NCBI GenBank assembly: GCA_034408725.1
Contig: JAWXCN010000238.1
Span: forward strand, 1 to 18,210
DNA from: Candidatus Hydrogenedentota bacterium
Lineage (GTDB): Bacteria > Hydrogenedentota > Hydrogenedentia > Hydrogenedentales > SLHB01
Reading direction: 5' to 3'
DNA length: 18,210 nt
Below, in pieces: positions 15,135 to 18,210 of this stretch. Both the position numbers and the translations under genes were made by a program. The notes under the pieces are model-generated. The model was not told the origin of the DNA and did no database searches. It saw nothing but the letters and a program-made list of their open reading frames with translations. Numbering within the stretch: the stretch's first letter is position 1; every line of letters begins with the position of its first letter.

Positions 15135-16490
15135 ATGACACAAGATTTCGAGGCTGGATACCTCCTGGGAGGCCGATTTCTTCTCGTCCGCAATCTCGGA
15201 CGGGGCGCGGTCGGTAATGTGTGGCTGGCTGCGGATGTCCAGCTTCACGACGAACCCGTCGCCTGCAAAATCCTCCACAGCACCTTTGGCAACGATCGCC
15301 GCGCCATCGCCGATCTCAAGCGCGAAGTCTTGCTCATGCGCAAGTTGCGCCATCCAAACATCGTCGCAGTCCACTCCTTTTGGGACATTGATGGCCATCG
15401 GTTCATATCGATGGAGTACATCGGCGGCAACAATATGGCAACGCGCCTGGCGGAACGGGACACGCCATTCCAATTATTCGAGGTGATGCCGTGGATCGAA
15501 CAATTGTGCGGAGCGTTGGACCACGCCCATAAGCAGAGCGTATTGCACCGCGACGTAAAGCCGGCGAATATCCTCATGGCCACGGACGGCGAAGTGCGGC
15601 TGGCAGACTTCGGAATCGCGCGCACCGCTCGCGAAGCCAGCGCCCGCATGGCCGGTCATCTCACGAGCGGGACCTTGTTGTTCATGAGTCCGGAGCAATT
15701 GCTGGGCGAACCTCTCGACCAGCGGGGAGATCTCTATAGCCTCGCTGCGACGATTTACGAATGGCTCAGCGGCGCGCCTCCGTTTTATAAGGGCGCAATT
15801 GCCATGCAGATTCAAAAGAAACTCCCCGCGCCCATTCCGTACTGCCACGAAGCGGTAAACCGGGTGCTGCTGAAAGCGCTGAGCAAGCGCAGGGAGGACC
15901 GGCAAGGGTCGTGCGGCGAATTTTATCGGGACCTGCTCGAAGTGGAGCGCGCAGTGGATGGCATGCGTGAACCCGTGATATTCCCCGCGGAAGCCAGCCC
16001 AAAACTGGTTGGAACGCACAGTTCCAATCGCGTAACCGTCTCGATGTTTCCGTCCGGCGAAGGCGACACGAAACAGCTTGGCGTGTTGTTGGTGGAAGCC
16101 GGCGTAATCTCCGGGCCACAGCTGCAACAGGTCCTGGATGATCACCTAACCACGCGCGAAATGCTCGGCGCGACGCTCATGCGCCTCGGCTTCGCGACCG
16201 AAAACGACGTCGCCGCCGCGCTCGAACAGCAATTGCGCCTGGAGATTATTTCGTTGGAAGACGACAACATCGACAGAAAAATCGCATTGTCCTTGCCGCG
16301 AGAACTCGCGGAAGCCCACAAATGTTTCGCGGTGAAGAAGGAAAACGGCCGTGTACTGCTGGCAATGGCCAACCCCTTGGACTTCACCGCAATCAACGAA
16401 GTGGAAAAGGCGCTGGATTTTCCGATCGATCCCCGCGTCGCACTCGAATCCTCGCTGAACTACGCCATCGCCCGAATGTATGGGGGGTAA
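15135..16490 (+). CDS. Hanks-type Ser/Thr protein kinase fused to a C-terminal MshEN/T2SSE_N (GspE/PilB N-terminal) domain, about 451 aa
   Basis: GRGAVG, VACK, KREV, HPNIV, HRDVKPANIL, ADFGIAR, GTLLFMSPEQ, DLYSLA. C-terminal QLGVLLVEAGVISGPQLQQVL...MLGATLMRLG...ALEQQL...LLAMANPLD. ATG 15135 preferred over TTG 15021. Confidence 0.9.
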   Translation: MTQDFEAGYLLGGRFLLVRNLGRGAVGNVWLAADVQLHDEPVACKILHSTFGNDRRAIADLKREVLLMRKLRHPNIVAVHSFWDIDGHRFISMEYIGGNNMATRLAERDTPFQLFEVMPWIEQLCGALDHAHKQSVLHRDVKPANILMATDGEVRLADFGIARTAREASARMAGHLTSGTLLFMSPEQLLGEPLDQRGDLYSLAATIYEWLSGAPPFYKGAIAMQIQKKLPAPIPYCHEAVNRVLLKALSKRREDRQGSCGEFYRDLLEVERAVDGMREPVIFPAEASPKLVGTHSSNRVTVSMFPSGEGDTKQLGVLLVEAGVISGPQLQQVLDDHLTTREMLGATLMRLGFATENDVAAALEQQLRLEIISLEDDNIDRKIALSLPRELAEAHKCFAVKKENGRVLLAMANPLDFTAINEVEKALDFPIDPRVALESSLNYAIARMYGG

Positions 16491-16511
16491 TGGACCGCAA
16501 CTGCGATTGAT

Positions 16512-16715
16512 GTCCTCCTGCTCATACACGTAACTCGTCCTCATCGTCGTGCTCGCGCTCGTAATCGCAATCGATTCTCCTCGCTCTCATAGTTGGCGCC
16601 CCGCCGCCATTCCGGAGCGCTGAAAGCGCGGCGCGCTGCGGCCGCCGGGGACATGTTTACATACGATTACGATTACGATTACGATTACGAGCACGAGCAC
16701 GAGCACGAGCACGAG
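16512..16715. repeat. Inverted pair of hexamer arrays (degenerate GTGCTC/GTAATC on the left; GATTAC x4 plus GAGCAC x4 on the right)
   Basis: Right arm 16665-16715 is perfect. Left arm 16512-16572 includes GTCCTC ATCGTC GTGCTC GCGCTC GTAATC GCAATC, the mirrored reverse complement. A GC-rich spacer of about 90 bp lies between. Confidence 0.85.
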
Positions 16716-16801
16716 GGAGGACCAACTTCCTCAGTTGGGAACGTGGGGATTACTTGGGGTAATTGCGCGGGCCGCACGCGCGCTAGGGGAGAACGACCAC
16801 C

Positions 16802-18100
16802 ATGACCATGGCAGTCCGCCTGCAACTTTCCGTGATGATGTTTATCCAATTCTTCGTCTGGGGCGTCTGGTTTGTTTCGTTGGCGACCTATCTGTTTGCA
16901 ATTAATTTCACCGGCACGGCAGTTGGGAGCGCTTACGGCACCACGAATTGGGGCGCAATTATCGCCCCGTTCATTGTAGGCATGATCGCCGACAGATTTT
17001 TTTCCGCAGAGCGCGTGCTTGGTGTGCTGCATCTCATTGGCGCAGGCATCATGTGGTATCTGTCAGGTATTACCGACTCGACGACCTTTTTCTTCGTCGC
17101 ACTTGCGTATGCGTTTTGTTACATGCCCACGCTCGCGTTGGTGAACGCGATTTCGTTTGAACAAATGAAGGATCCTACAAAGGAATTTCCGGGGATACGC
17201 GTACTTGGCACGGCGGGCTGGATCGTGGCGGGGCTGTTGGTCGGAGCGCTCGGTATTAGTGAAGCAAATGGCTTTGTCTGGATTCTCGGCATGAACACCG
17301 AGTCCTTATCTGCGTCGAACATCGAGCCTATTGCCAGAACCGAATGGCCGCTAAAAATTGCCGCCATTTCGTCTTTAATCATGGGCGTGTACAGCTTTTT
17401 CCTGCCCCATACACCGCCAAAGTCCCAAGGCAAACGGGTGACTGTCAGCGACGTTCTGGGACTTGACGCGTTGCGCTTGATGAAAGAGTGGTCGTTTTCG
17501 GTCTTCGTCGTGAGTTCCTTGCTCATCAGCATTCCTCTTGCTTTTTACTACGGCTTTACAAATCCGTTTCTGGATTCGCATGGGGTGGAAAATGCCACTG
17601 GAAAACAAACGCTCGGCCAGTTTTCAGAGGTGGCTTTCATGTTGGTCATGCCCTTCCTCCTCGTGCGATTGGGCGTGAAGAAAATGCTGCTTATCGGCAT
17701 GCTCGCATGGGCAGTCCGATATTTCTTCTTTGCCTACGGTCCGGGTTCAGGCATGTGGATGTGGTATGTCGGAATTCTGTTGCACGGAATTTGTTATGAC
17801 TTTTTCTTCGTCACCGGTCAATTGTACGTAGATAGGAAGGCCCCCGAATCCGTTCGGGCGAGCGCGCAAGGATTCATCGGCGTTATTACCTATGGTATTG
17901 GCATGGTCATCGGTTCCCAATTCGTCAGCGGACCGGTTGTCGAAATGTTTAAGCTCGAACAGCCTATTGGCCGTGTGGAGTACGACTGGACCAGTATTTG
18001 GCTCGTCCCGGGCGTTATGGCGCTTGTGGTCGCAGTATTGTTCGCCATCATGTTCCATGAGAACAACAAAAAGACTATCGAGGATGAGGCATCGGCGTGA
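16802..18100 (+). CDS. Nucleoside:H+ symporter family MFS transporter (NupG/XapB/YegT-like), 432 aa
   Basis: GGGGAG RBS; RLQLSVMMFIQFFVWGVW, GMIADRFFSAERVL, YMPTLAL, IRVLGTAGWI, TLGQFSE, GILLHGICYDFFFVTGQLYVDRKAP; about 12 hydrophobic segments. Confidence 0.93.
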   Translation: MTMAVRLQLSVMMFIQFFVWGVWFVSLATYLFAINFTGTAVGSAYGTTNWGAIIAPFIVGMIADRFFSAERVLGVLHLIGAGIMWYLSGITDSTTFFFVALAYAFCYMPTLALVNAISFEQMKDPTKEFPGIRVLGTAGWIVAGLLVGALGISEANGFVWILGMNTESLSASNIEPIARTEWPLKIAAISSLIMGVYSFFLPHTPPKSQGKRVTVSDVLGLDALRLMKEWSFSVFVVSSLLISIPLAFYYGFTNPFLDSHGVENATGKQTLGQFSEVAFMLVMPFLLVRLGVKKMLLIGMLAWAVRYFFFAYGPGSGMWMWYVGILLHGICYDFFFVTGQLYVDRKAPESVRASAQGFIGVITYGIGMVIGSQFVSGPVVEMFKLEQPIGRVEYDWTSIWLVPGVMALVVAVLFAIMFHENNKKTIEDEASA

Positions 18101-18131
18101 TTCTTTCGCAACGGTTTGAGTTGCTCGCACG

Positions 18132-18155
18132 GAGGCGGCGTTTAGCCGCCTCTTT
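18132..18155 (+). terminator. Probable intrinsic terminator after the nucleoside permease
   Basis: GAGGCGGC-GTTTA-GCCGCCTC then TTT (8-bp perfect stem, short U-tract), 31 bp after the stop. Confidence 0.55.
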
Positions 18156-18210
18156 CGCATCGGGGTGCGTACCTTCAAAGGCAATTTCCAGTCTTATAGT
18201 TGAAGTATTC

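Noticed and set aside
4911..16490. Kinase/phosphatase cognate pair
   Set aside because: The genes are 10 kb apart and the phosphatase appears exported while the kinase is cytoplasmic.
16512..16715. CRISPR array or telomere-like repeat
   Set aside because: Contiguous hexamers with no unique spacers, no cas genes, and an internal intergenic position.

Overview
A gene-dense, GC-rich bacterial window with 13 supportable CDS and no rRNA, tRNA, CRISPR array or transposase. The 'GCP' lipoprotein, Tat-signal Gfo/Idh/MocA paralogues and repeat types suggest a Hydrogenedentes/PVC-like organism (inference only). From left to right: a 5'-truncated RlmD/TrmA-type RNA methyltransferase (+); a minus-strand run of an AlgI/DltB-type MBOAT, a membrane-anchored SGNH-like partner, a heme-c plus PHM/DBH-type monooxygenase-like protein, a Cys-phosphatase lipoprotein and two Tat-exported Gfo/Idh/MocA oxidoreductases; an exported PIG-L deacetylase (+); an AhpC/TSA thioredoxin-fold protein (-); an acidic Gly/Tyr/Asp-repeat lipoprotein (-); a FecR-DUF6600 protein with a long repetitive tail (-); a Ser/Thr kinase fused to an MshEN/T2SSE_N domain (+); and a NupG-like nucleoside MFS permease (+). 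The most notable signals are (1) loss of all three CuM ligands in the monooxygenase-like cytochrome while the CuH and heme ligands remain, (2) the soluble kinase-MshEN fusion with variant c-di-GMP motifs, (3) an inverted pair of GATTAC/GAGCAC hexamer arrays forming a ~200 bp palindromic element, and (4) the FecR-DUF6600 and acidic lipoprotein neighbourhood. None of these is a proven new system; all family calls come from motif recognition, not database searches.
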